In this document: positions 25,366 to 35,158 of the stretch, piece after piece
Layout of the letters: each line of letters opens with the position of its first letter
Numbering within the stretch: the stretch's first letter is position 1
Source of the DNA: a virus
Lineage: Duplodnaviria > Caudoviricetes
Virus record (IMG/VR): IMGVR_UViG_3300015606_001334
Location: 256,001-320,000 of that record
Length of the DNA: 64,000 bases
Reading direction: 5' to 3' (one strand)
Notes under the pieces: generated by a model
Told to the model about the DNA's origin: nothing
What the model saw: the letters and a program-made list of their open reading frames with translations, nothing else
The model's database searches: none
Made by a program: the position numbers and the translations under genes

Positions 25366-26549
25366 GCGGACTAGGTGATTACGTCCCAAAAGACGCAAGC
25401 TTTGATAGCATCAAAGAATCCGCAGGAAAAATTACTGATGACGTCGGTTCTGCGTTCACTAAGGCTGGCAACTCAGCTTCTGATTTCCTAAAGAATGGAA
25501 CATCCAATTTTAGCCTCGCTGGAATGGGAACAAAGATTACTGAGGGTGCGCAAAAGCTATTGGGCGGCACCAACCTTGGAAACCTACTTGGCTTTAAGAA
25601 CATCGCAAACGGTTTGCCGTCAGGAGCTCTAGCTAAGAAGCTAATGTCGGAAGGTATCTCGATGGGTAAGGGACAAACCCTATCCGATCGAACCAGCACC
25701 GCACAAGCTCGAGCAAACATCGACGAAGTGATTGTCACCTTGAGGTCGACAGTTACTCCTGAGTTCGTGAAGTTTCAGGTGACGCCAAGACTATCAGAAT
25801 CCAGACAGGCAAACTACGCTGAACTCAACCTTGTCCATCACCCTGGTTCGATCTTAAAGTACGAGCGAACTGGTGCAAGATCTTGGACACTGAACGTAAA
25901 GCTCGTGTCGAGAACAACCGCCGAGGCTTCAGCAAATCAACGAGACCTAAACATCATCAGATCTTGGGTGATGCCATTCTACGGAGAAGGAACAAACCAA
26001 AATTCTCCTGACATGTTGGGTGCTCCACCTCCAGTCCTCAAACTTTCCGGATACGGTTCTAAAAACATCGCTCCTATCCCTGTCGTTCTAGAATCGTACA
26101 GCACTAACTGGCCAAATGACATCGACTACATCCCAACTGCTGAAGGCTTGCCTTTCCCAGTCATCATGGAACTCGATCTAACCTTGAAAGAGGCTTATTC
26201 TCCTGCTGAATATTCTAACTTCAACCTGTTCGCCTACAAGTCTGGTGACCTAAGTCAGGCGTTCAATGGAAAGAAATTTGAAGTTGCCGCTGCCGCTAAA
26301 GCAAATGGTAAAGCAGATACCAGTGAAGGTAAAAAGCTTCCTGTGTTGGGTGGAAAATCAATGAAGGTTCCATCAGCTTCAGACATTACTGGAAAGATTA
26401 AAGAGATGACTCCAAACATTGCTGGCGCGACCAAAGACGGCGCCGCTGGTCAAAGCATCTTCTCTAAACCTATCACCATTGGTGGAGTCACTGGTGACTC
26501 TGATGCTTCATTCAAGCAATTCCAATCTGGTGGATCAAATAGCGCTTAA
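25362..26549 (+). CDS. baseplate tail-tube initiator-like protein (gp48/gp54-type)
   Basis: LSESRQANY..YERTGARSW, APPPVLKLSGYG, PVIMELDLTLKE; position in operon. Confidence 0.65.
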   Translation: MSGLGDYVPKDASFDSIKESAGKITDDVGSAFTKAGNSASDFLKNGTSNFSLAGMGTKITEGAQKLLGGTNLGNLLGFKNIANGLPSGALAKKLMSEGISMGKGQTLSDRTSTAQARANIDEVIVTLRSTVTPEFVKFQVTPRLSESRQANYAELNLVHHPGSILKYERTGARSWTLNVKLVSRTTAEASANQRDLNIIRSWVMPFYGEGTNQNSPDMLGAPPPVLKLSGYGSKNIAPIPVVLESYSTNWPNDIDYIPTAEGLPFPVIMELDLTLKEAYSPAEYSNFNLFAYKSGDLSQAFNGKKFEVAAAAKANGKADTSEGKKLPVLGGKSMKVPSASDITGKIKEMTPNIAGATKDGAAGQSIFSKPITIGGVTGDSDASFKQFQSGGSNSA

Positions 26550-26557
26550 GGAAAACC

Positions 26558-26887
26558 ATGCCAAATAATCTCCAATCTCCATCGAGTCTTGACAATAAAT
26601 ATTCTAGATATGTTCAAGGAGGGACAACCTCCTCAAATGCAATCGGTCTAGATTGGTGGGAACGAAGAATCCTGCCGAAAGACGACTCTGACCTAATTTA
26701 CTATGTCGAGAATGCATATGAGCATAGAATTGATTTAATTTCCGAAGCTTTTTACGGTGATGGCAGATATTGGTGGGTGATTGCCCAATTCAATGACCTA
26801 ATCGACCCATATTCAGAGGTCGTGGCAGGTCGTTTATTGGTTCTCCCAACACAATCTAGACTATTCACCGAAATTCTATCCAAATAA
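26558..26887 (+). CDS. gp53: baseplate wedge protein (gp53/LysM-like)
   Basis: RIDLISEAFYGDGRYWWVIAQFN. Confidence 0.8.
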   Translation: MPNNLQSPSSLDNKYSRYVQGGTTSSNAIGLDWWERRILPKDDSDLIYYVENAYEHRIDLISEAFYGDGRYWWVIAQFNDLIDPYSEVVAGRLLVLPTQSRLFTEILSK

Positions 26888-26891
26888 AAAT

Positions 26892-29093
26892 ATGTCAAAA
26901 CCAGCTAATCCACTTGATAAATTCAGATCGTACGCTTATCATCACATTGTTGTCGCGACAGAGTCGACTGAATCTATTCGTGATTTAGTTTCAGCAGAAT
27001 CTACTGGCTTTAAAAATTTAAAGCTTGGACAGAAGGGCGGATCTGACGGTTCTCCTTATTATCTAGTGTTCGACACTAGAAAGAACTCATTCTTCTCTAT
27101 TACTGACGTCAATTACACCTCTACGGCATTTGCTAACTCTATGCGATTTTCTAACGCAGTTGTTAGCTCAATCGATATGCAAATTATCGACAGCACTGGC
27201 GTAACACTAATCAACTATTTGAGATGGTTGCAAGACACCGCTTTAAAGGTGAGTTTGCACAAAATGATCTTCGTGCTTAAGACCATTTTCGTTGGTCACA
27301 CCCATGACGGAACAACAGAAACTGTCTACCAAGATTCTATCCCAATGATGTTGGTCGATATCGTTCTGAATCCATCAGCGCGAGGTGCACAGATTACAGC
27401 CAAGTTTTTACCAATCACGAATGGTGCAGTGTTCTACACTGACGACTATGCGCGATCCTACGATGTTCCAGGTGTTTTCTCTGAGACAGGCCTGCTAAAA
27501 GACGCAGTCAAGTCGTTAGAAAAAATCATGAACCAGAAGTCCAGAAAATGGTTCCAAGATCTTCAGTTACAGCCCATGAATGATTACAAAACTGAAGATG
27601 CTGTCCCAGCAAAAGGCTATGGAAAGCTTGTCCAATACATGTTTACCGTACCAGATAATTGGTCATCGTTCAAGGTTAACGGAGTATTCGAGGACATTCC
27701 AGAATCAAAATATGGAAAAGGAAATACTCGCGAAAACGTAAACACTAAAGGCGTGAGAATCGGTTTCCAAGTTAGTCCAACTACCGACGTAGTTGATTTG
27801 CTTGAACAAATTTTGAAGCAATCCGACGAAGTTCAAAAATTAGCTGGAAATGATAATCGAAAAGAGGGTATCGTCAAAGCCTATAAGATTTACCCAACAA
27901 TCACTAGTGATGATACCACCGTGGTTATTCACTATGACATCTTGAACTTTGCTGTGCCAAAGAAAGAAGAAGATTCTTCAAAGAAAGATAATCAGGATTC
28001 GGTAAGCAAATCAAAATCTATTTTACCATCCAGTGAAGATGATAAGAACGTCATGGTGTTTGACTACATCTTTACTGGTAAGAACATGGACATTCTCAAC
28101 TTTGACATGAAGATAAATCGTGTCAACGTTGCTATTGCCGACAATATCGCTATTGGTGACAAGACGGCACAAGAGGCTGGAAAGAATCAGGAATCTAAGG
28201 AAACCGACGAAACCAAGACTGATAAAAAGAAAATTATCCTTAACCTAAAACCTAAGGATCCTATTCTCCCTCCAGCAAAAACTCTTTCTCAGCATAAGAA
28301 CGTTGCTTGGTCAACTGAAACTGACGTAAGAAAAGAAACAGTTAAAAATCGACAACAATTTATCCACAATATGTCGATGGTTTACGCTGCGAGTTCACAA
28401 GACATCATCATTAAAATCAGAGGAAATCCAAACCTATTCCAGCGTTTTAATGATGCAACATTGATGCCTCATGTGAAAGCGATCGATAATACTCAATTGA
28501 CTGACACCGCTTACTTATCTGGAAAAAAGTTCATTGAGACAAAGAATGACAACTTCCAATCAAGCGATATCACCGCTTATAAAGAAGCGCTTAATGAGCG
28601 TGTTAAACAGCTAGGAGTTGCTGGATTTTCTCAATCAGAAAATACTGCTACTCTTGTGCCGTTCTTCATTAAGATAAATATCAAAGGCGAAAACGTCGAT
28701 TTAATTGCTGAAAACTTCGATCCTTCATTTAAGCCTTATGAGAATTTCTGGTATGACGGGTATTACATTGTGAAGAAAATTGTTCACCATTTCCAAGGTG
28801 GAGAATTTATTCAAGAGCTGCTAATTGGCGCAGTTCCTGATGATTTGTTCGGTCAAACGACTTCTGATAAGAGCAAGGTAAAAGAAAATACCGACGTTAA
28901 GCCTGAAGTAAAACCTGATCCTCCAAAGGCGGCTACTCCAGCCCCAGAAGCTGCGAAGGTAGAAAAGCCAGCAGAAACGTCGAAAATTCCATCACTAACT
29001 GGCGCACAAAATGCATTGTCAAAAGCTACTTCCATGACATATAACGACGTTATGGGAGCGAAATTGAATCTTCAATCTAGGATTCCAAAGTAA
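26892..29093 (+). CDS. baseplate hub protein (gp27/gpD-like)
   Basis: NPLDKFRSYAY N-terminus, IKIRGNP, GYYIVKKIVHHFQGGEFIQEL; lies between gp53 and gp5. Confidence 0.65.
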   Translation: MSKPANPLDKFRSYAYHHIVVATESTESIRDLVSAESTGFKNLKLGQKGGSDGSPYYLVFDTRKNSFFSITDVNYTSTAFANSMRFSNAVVSSIDMQIIDSTGVTLINYLRWLQDTALKVSLHKMIFVLKTIFVGHTHDGTTETVYQDSIPMMLVDIVLNPSARGAQITAKFLPITNGAVFYTDDYARSYDVPGVFSETGLLKDAVKSLEKIMNQKSRKWFQDLQLQPMNDYKTEDAVPAKGYGKLVQYMFTVPDNWSSFKVNGVFEDIPESKYGKGNTRENVNTKGVRIGFQVSPTTDVVDLLEQILKQSDEVQKLAGNDNRKEGIVKAYKIYPTITSDDTTVVIHYDILNFAVPKKEEDSSKKDNQDSVSKSKSILPSSEDDKNVMVFDYIFTGKNMDILNFDMKINRVNVAIADNIAIGDKTAQEAGKNQESKETDETKTDKKKIILNLKPKDPILPPAKTLSQHKNVAWSTETDVRKETVKNRQQFIHNMSMVYAASSQDIIIKIRGNPNLFQRFNDATLMPHVKAIDNTQLTDTAYLSGKKFIETKNDNFQSSDITAYKEALNERVKQLGVAGFSQSENTATLVPFFIKINIKGENVDLIAENFDPSFKPYENFWYDGYYIVKKIVHHFQGGEFIQELLIGAVPDDLFGQTTSDKSKVKENTDVKPEVKPDPPKAATPAPEAAKVEKPAETSKIPSLTGAQNALSKATSMTYNDVMGAKLNLQSRIPK

Positions 29094-29102
29094 GGTATTA
29101 AA

Positions 29103-30473
29103 ATGTTTGGTGAATCATTTCCATTTATTACTGATGGTATCGTAAAGGATACTGAAGATCCGCAACAAAACGGACGTTTGAAAATCTGGTGTCCATCCCT
29201 CGATGGAGAAAATGTTGACATCGATTTTCTACCGTGGGCTGAGTATGCAACCCCATTTGGTGGGGTTACTAACGACTTCCAAACAGGAAGAAACAAAACT
29301 AAATCTTCAGGTCCAAAGTCGTATGGATTCTGGGCTCTACCAAAGATTGGTGCCCAAGTTCTTGTGTTCCTACTAAATGGAGACCCAAACCGTAGATTTT
29401 ATTTCGCTAGCTATTTTGGTTTACATCGCAACCGTTCCCTACCTGCTGGAAGAAACAAGAGTGAAAATAATGCAGATGGTCCATTCACTGACACGTATGA
29501 ACCTCTCCAACCTGCGTATGACAATTTTAGAATTGCTTTTCAGGGTAAAACAACCTCTCCTCAAGCAAGATCAAGAGGTGGTTTTGAACGACAAGTAGCT
29601 CAAGATCGAACCAACAAAGATGGGAGTGACGGTTATGCCACAAGCCCTGTCGACGAAAACTATCTTGACCCACAAACTTATTGCTTCACTACACCAGGAA
29701 ATCACACGATAATTCTAGACGATTCTGCTGATAATTGCAGAATTCGTATGAAAACCTGTGAAGGCAATCAAATCATCATCGATGATTCTAACGAGCGTAT
29801 TTACGTCTCAACATCCAAGGGTAAAACATGGATTGAACTCGATGAAGACGGTCATGTGCACATCTTTGGCTCTCAGTCAGTCTCAATGAGAGCAGGTAAA
29901 GATGTCAATATCTTTGCAGATAACAACATCAACCTAGAAGCTGGAAATAGTGTGAATGTGAAAGCGGTGAATGGAAATATCAAAGCTTCCTCAACTGGAG
30001 ATATTCATATTCGTTCAGGTTCTGGTTCGATTTATCAGACTGCTTGTAATGATTTCCACATTTGCTCTACTCATGGCTATTACATTTCGGCTGAGGAAGT
30101 CGATATCAGCTCTGAAACCTCAATTTTCCAAACTGCTTCTGGAGGTTCTGTGGACTTAAGAAGCTCAGGCGGTGTAAATATCGGAACTGGTAAAACCGCG
30201 ATGAACGTTCAAGATGGAAAGATGATGATTAAAGCAGACAGCATTGAAATGGATGCAGGAAGAAATCTAACATTTGGTGCAAGCGCAATTAACACCTTCT
30301 CAAATGGCGGAGCAGGCGGATCTTATTCTCCTTTCGGAAAGGCAGTTCCTCCTTCGGAGTCAACCAATTCGACATGTGCTGACCCAGCTGATAGTCCATC
30401 TGTCGTGCCAGGACATGAACCGTGGAAGCGTCCTGCGTCCGCAAAACCAAGAAATACATATTGGAGTGAATAA
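29103..30473 (+). CDS. gp5: baseplate central spike (gp5/VgrG-like) without lysozyme domain
   Basis: OB-fold DPQQNGRLKIW..LPWA..P.IGAQVLV; beta-helix repeats; ends VPGHEPW. Confidence 0.85.
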   Translation: MFGESFPFITDGIVKDTEDPQQNGRLKIWCPSLDGENVDIDFLPWAEYATPFGGVTNDFQTGRNKTKSSGPKSYGFWALPKIGAQVLVFLLNGDPNRRFYFASYFGLHRNRSLPAGRNKSENNADGPFTDTYEPLQPAYDNFRIAFQGKTTSPQARSRGGFERQVAQDRTNKDGSDGYATSPVDENYLDPQTYCFTTPGNHTIILDDSADNCRIRMKTCEGNQIIIDDSNERIYVSTSKGKTWIELDEDGHVHIFGSQSVSMRAGKDVNIFADNNINLEAGNSVNVKAVNGNIKASSTGDIHIRSGSGSIYQTACNDFHICSTHGYYISAEEVDISSETSIFQTASGGSVDLRSSGGVNIGTGKTAMNVQDGKMMIKADSIEMDAGRNLTFGASAINTFSNGGAGGSYSPFGKAVPPSESTNSTCADPADSPSVVPGHEPWKRPASAKPRNTYWSE

Positions 30474-30847
30474 TGGCATTGTATAAAGGATTCTCCACCG
30501 CTAACTGGTTGGCAAATAAGAGCTTACGAATTTCAGATATTGACACTATCAAGGAAGATTTGAAGAATCATATCTTCACAAGATATGGCGAGAGAGTCAT
30601 GCAACCGGGATTTGGCACTCGAATTCCTGATATGACATTTGAACCAAACGATGAAGAAACTGTAAACATCATCGAAGAAGATGTTTTGAAGGTCATCAAT
30701 TATGACCCACGCGTTTCTCTCATATCGCTTGAAGTTATGCCAATACCGGATAATAACACAATCTTGATTCTAGCAACGGTAAATTACGTCGAACTTAACG
30801 TTCAAGGCGAATTAAATATCGATGTGAAAACCAGATCTTTCGTGTAA
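30473..30847 (+). CDS. gp25: baseplate wedge subunit (gp25-like)
   Basis: NHIFTRYGERVMQPGFGT, YDPRV. Confidence 0.9.
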   Translation: MALYKGFSTANWLANKSLRISDIDTIKEDLKNHIFTRYGERVMQPGFGTRIPDMTFEPNDEETVNIIEEDVLKVINYDPRVSLISLEVMPIPDNNTILILATVNYVELNVQGELNIDVKTRSFV

Positions 30848-30888
30848 AAAATAAATAAGAACTAGAAATCATTCTTTAGGATTACCTC

Positions 30889-33800
30889 ATGGGAATTAGA
30901 ACCACTAACAGTGCCGAAGCTTGGGAAAAGGTTTATGAAGCCTTTGATTCAATCAATTTTACTGCGTTTGACTACGACACCGTCAAGCAGTCATTGATTG
31001 ACTACCTCAAGATCTATTACAAAGAACACTTCAATGACTTTATCGAGTCCTCAGAATTTGTTGCGTTCTTAGGAATCTTCGCATACTTTGCTGAAATTCT
31101 TGCGTATCGTATTGACGTTAACGCAAACGAAAACTTTATTACCACAGCACAAAGAAAACAATCTTTGCTAAAGCTAGCGAAGATCATTTCTTACAAGGTC
31201 AGCCGTAATATTCCAGCTCGTGGACTAGTAAAGATTTCCTCAATCTCTACTTCGGAAGAAATTACCGACTCCCAAGGTAACAACCTAAAGAACGTGGTAG
31301 TCAACTGGAACGATCCAAATAATTCAAACTGGAAAGAGCAATTCTTCCTAGTTCTAGATCGTGCAATCACTGGTAAAATTGGTCAGCCTCAGAAGTCTTT
31401 CCAGATCGGTGATGTCGCGATGCAGCTTTACAGCTTCAACAACGACATTGGATCATTCCGAAACGGCGTTTACTCTTACACTGTTGATACTGGCCTCGAA
31501 CAGATTCCAATGGAAATTGTCCCATCTGACCTAGATAGTAACGGACCATTCGAGAAGACCCCTGACAACAACGCTAAGATGACACTAATCTACTCAACTG
31601 ATGGAGTTGGAGATTCGTCTGATTACACCGGATTCATGCTGTTCACTAAGCAGGGTATTCTATCCCAGATTGATTACACCTTTGCTACTTCCATTCCTAA
31701 CCGAGTACTTGACATCAACCTCAATGACATCAACGAAACTGACGTTTGGTTGCAAAGAGTTGATGCTAATGGCGCAATCGCAGAAAACTGGGATCTAGTT
31801 GAGACCGTCAATGAAGAGAACTTGCTCTTCAACAATGTGGCTTCTCGTAAGAAATTCGAAATCGAAACACTTGAAAACAACCGTATCCGAATGGTCTTCG
31901 GTGCTGGTGATTTTTCTGATATTCCTCTTGGTAATTTCAAGATTTGGGCTCGTCAGTCTCAAAACGCTAACATTATCATTCAGAAGAATCGCATCCTAAA
32001 TCAAGGTTTGAATTTCACCTACACTTCACCAATCGGACGTAGTGAACAAATCTCCTTGACTTTCTCTGCTGTTTCAGTTATTCAAAACTCTGCAGCTTCT
32101 GAGACCGTTGATCGTATCCGTTCTATCGCACCTTCCACCTATTACGCCCAAAATCGTATGGTGAATGGTCAGGACTACAATACCTATCCATTGAAGGATC
32201 AATCGATCCTCAAGATTCAAACCATTAACCGTACATTTGCTGGCCAACCAAAGTACATCGATTGGCATGATGCGTCTGGAAATTACGAAAACGTAAAGGT
32301 CTTCGGCGATGACTTGAATCTTCACTATTCAATGTCGATCAATACTATCAACTCAAGCCTTTCCTCAAGAAGCTTGATTGATACCATCATTGAGCCATTG
32401 CTGCAATCGACCAATATTCAAAACTTGTTGACTCACATCAGTGCGACTGACCCAAGAACTATCGGTGTTGTTAGCCGTCCTCGTTCAAAGTTTATTGAAG
32501 ACAACCGTTCAATCTTTGGCTATTCCTATCCAAAGTTTAATGCGACTGGTGATTTCATTGGAATGCAGACTGCGTCCAATGTCAATATGCTAGAGAAGAC
32601 CGCGATCCAAGGATCTCTAGACCGTCACTTTTATGGCGAACCAATAGAGTACGTTTCGATCAATGACGTCGTTCACGCGAAGATTCCTGATCCGGTCAAG
32701 TACCCACAGGATGACAGCAAGATCTACGACGAATTCATTCCTCGTACTATCGACGGCAAAAACGTTTGGCTACCAGGCGACCCTGGTTCCGGTTTGCAGG
32801 CATTCTCCTCTCAGCCAAAATTTGGTTTGAGATATAACCGTGCTACCAATATCGTTGGTAATGGACAAATCTCTAGTCCAAACATTCTGCTAAACCCAAT
32901 TAATGAAGATGAAGTATGGACCCTAGAGTTCTCTTCGGATAAGACTACAATTTTTGTAACTTCTAACAAACGTGGAAACTTCCCTTCTGCTGTTGTAGGA
33001 ACTCCATACTCTTTAACCAACACCTCAGCTCCAATCGATTTTCTCATTACTAATGGTTCAAGAACATTTGAGAACGGCGATGCGTTCATTATCAGAACTG
33101 CATACGATAAGAATGGTTCTCCAAAGAACACAATTGTTAATGACCCAACCGTTGGTTTGAATCTAAATGGTCGTTGGGAAATTATCGATGGTACCACTCT
33201 TACCAAGAATTTGGATAAGACTAAAGACATCACCAATCAAATCAATAGTCTCCAATTCATCCCATTCGATGCATCTAAGCCTGAAACTTATGCAGCTTCT
33301 TGGGTGATTTGGATTGAGGCACAAATTCCTCAAAACACTATCGTCGGCTGGAACGTCAACTTTAGAGAATTGAAGTTGATCGCTGAATCTGAGAATAAGA
33401 ACACTAAGTTCTGGTATAATGCGGTAGACCAGATCCTTGATTCTGAAACTCAAAACCGTGTTTACGACAAGATCAAGATCCTTCGTTCAAACTTGGATGA
33501 AAATGGCAAGCCACTAAAGAAAACAGAAAACTACGATGTCGTAGGAGCTGTTAAGGATCGTAATGGTTTGGTAAACATTTACGCTCTTGAAGTTATCCCA
33601 TCTGATACTCAGAACGACGCAAATTCCGGTGATGGTGTTCCAGATAACATCCTTCAGTATGAAAGCTTCTCTTCATCTTGCTATCGCTATTTTGAGGTAG
33701 TGAATGGTGAAGAAATAGAGGTCGTTGATCTGTCAACTATCGCATCAATTAAAGATCAGTTCGCGACTGGCGCGTTCTCTTGCACCACCTCTAACGGAAA

Positions 33801-34494
33801 TACTTATCACCGTTATAGCGCAAGAGGTAATGCGTTTGTTCCTTCTGTTGATGCAGAAATTGGCTTCGAAAAAGAGCAATTATTGGACTTCATGTGGCAG
33901 CATTTCAGCCCAAATACCAACATGATTGACCCATCAGTTTCAAACATCCATGACGCATTTATCCTAACTCGTGGCTACTATGACAACATGATGGCATACG
34001 TTACTGGCGCATCATCAATCGTCCCAACTCCTCCAACTCCTTTGGAACTTCGTAATTCGTTTGGTTACATCTTTGACAAGAAGATGCTATCTGACACAGT
34101 GATCATGCATCCTGGTAAGATTCGCCTACTATTTGGGGATATGGCTGAGCCACAGTTGAGAGCAAAGTTCAAAGTTGTCAAACTCCAAACTGCTACATTC
34201 TCTGACGAACGTATCAAGATGGAAATCGTCAACATCATCAATGAGTACTTCAACATCAATAACTGGGACTTTGGTATGAAGTTCTACGCTACTGATTTGA
34301 CTTCGATGATTCACCAAAATCTAGCAACTGAAATTGCAACTGTTGTTCCAGTTCCAGTCTATTCTGTTAACTCTTTCGGTTCCCTATTCGTAATTGAACC
34401 AGGCTTTGATGAAATTCTACAGTCCTGCGCAACAATTTCCGACATTGAAATCGTCACTGAGCTAACCGCTTCCGTAATGAGACAGAAGACATGA
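30889..34494 (+). CDS. gp6: baseplate wedge protein (gp6-like, enlarged)
   Basis: FDYDTVKQSLIDYL, FNDFIESSE, ENFITTAQR, FGAGDFSDIP, QNRMVNGQDY. Confidence 0.85.
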   Translation: MGIRTTNSAEAWEKVYEAFDSINFTAFDYDTVKQSLIDYLKIYYKEHFNDFIESSEFVAFLGIFAYFAEILAYRIDVNANENFITTAQRKQSLLKLAKIISYKVSRNIPARGLVKISSISTSEEITDSQGNNLKNVVVNWNDPNNSNWKEQFFLVLDRAITGKIGQPQKSFQIGDVAMQLYSFNNDIGSFRNGVYSYTVDTGLEQIPMEIVPSDLDSNGPFEKTPDNNAKMTLIYSTDGVGDSSDYTGFMLFTKQGILSQIDYTFATSIPNRVLDINLNDINETDVWLQRVDANGAIAENWDLVETVNEENLLFNNVASRKKFEIETLENNRIRMVFGAGDFSDIPLGNFKIWARQSQNANIIIQKNRILNQGLNFTYTSPIGRSEQISLTFSAVSVIQNSAASETVDRIRSIAPSTYYAQNRMVNGQDYNTYPLKDQSILKIQTINRTFAGQPKYIDWHDASGNYENVKVFGDDLNLHYSMSINTINSSLSSRSLIDTIIEPLLQSTNIQNLLTHISATDPRTIGVVSRPRSKFIEDNRSIFGYSYPKFNATGDFIGMQTASNVNMLEKTAIQGSLDRHFYGEPIEYVSINDVVHAKIPDPVKYPQDDSKIYDEFIPRTIDGKNVWLPGDPGSGLQAFSSQPKFGLRYNRATNIVGNGQISSPNILLNPINEDEVWTLEFSSDKTTIFVTSNKRGNFPSAVVGTPYSLTNTSAPIDFLITNGSRTFENGDAFIIRTAYDKNGSPKNTIVNDPTVGLNLNGRWEIIDGTTLTKNLDKTKDITNQINSLQFIPFDASKPETYAASWVIWIEAQIPQNTIVGWNVNFRELKLIAESENKNTKFWYNAVDQILDSETQNRVYDKIKILRSNLDENGKPLKKTENYDVVGAVKDRNGLVNIYALEVIPSDTQNDANSGDGVPDNILQYESFSSSCYRYFEVVNGEEIEVVDLSTIASIKDQFATGAFSCTTSNGNTYHRYSARGNAFVPSVDAEIGFEKEQLLDFMWQHFSPNTNMIDPSVSNIHDAFILTRGYYDNMMAYVTGASSIVPTPPTPLELRNSFGYIFDKKMLSDTVIMHPGKIRLLFGDMAEPQLRAKFKVVKLQTATFSDERIKMEIVNIINEYFNINNWDFGMKFYATDLTSMIHQNLATEIATVVPVPVYSVNSFGSLFVIEPGFDEILQSCATISDIEIVTELTASVMRQKT

Positions 34495-35045
34495 GACTAC
34501 CAGAATTATTTGGAATATTCAAGAAGAAAGCCGAAAAGCTTTCTTCTAAGAATGTAAAAACCCTTATTGGAATTTATCCAAGAAAGCAGTTTACTCACCC
34601 CAAAGCTATTGATGAGACTCCTATTGAAAAATGGGTTGGCGACTTTGTAGTTGACAATTTTGAAATAGAATCACTCGTTGGCTCGCCTTATGAAGTAACA
34701 GGCAATTATGATTGCGGTGATAATAAGTTAATTTCATTTGAGGGTATTTCTCCAATCATTGGTAGAAACATTCACGCCAGCAACAATAAGTTTGAGTCAC
34801 TTAAAGATATTGAAAAGCACATCAAGAAAATGAAAGGTGTCTTACTATTGATGGGTTGCCCTATCAAATCTCATGTTTTAGGGTTGTTAAAAATCGATGG
34901 TCTTAGAGGTGTCGGGTTTGATACACAGTTCGTACCATCTGAAGTAAATGAAATTCTCAATAGACATTTAAAAAATGGGAAAGACTTGCTTGATTGCCAA
35001 TCAGAACTAATTGACGCAGGTTTCTACGAATACGCAAAATACTAA
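34491..35045 (+). CDS. hypothetical LRR-like repeat protein
   Basis: IESLVGSP / LISFEGISP / FESLKDI repeats; ends CQSELIDAGFYEYAKY. Confidence 0.65.
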   Translation: MRLPELFGIFKKKAEKLSSKNVKTLIGIYPRKQFTHPKAIDETPIEKWVGDFVVDNFEIESLVGSPYEVTGNYDCGDNKLISFEGISPIIGRNIHASNNKFESLKDIEKHIKKMKGVLLLMGCPIKSHVLGLLKIDGLRGVGFDTQFVPSEVNEILNRHLKNGKDLLDCQSELIDAGFYEYAKY

Positions 35046-35060
35046 AAATAGAAATTTTCA

Positions 35061-35103
35061 GAAATGGGAAACGTTCACGGAAGTGCGTTTCCCATTTCTT
35101 TTT
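35061..35103 (+). terminator. intrinsic terminator
   Basis: GAAATGGGAAACG...CGTTTCCCATTTC plus T-tract. Confidence 0.75.
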
Positions 35104-35158
35104 CATTCTAATAAATACCTCTATTAAAAATTCCCAGTAACAGTTGAAGATCTATCTT

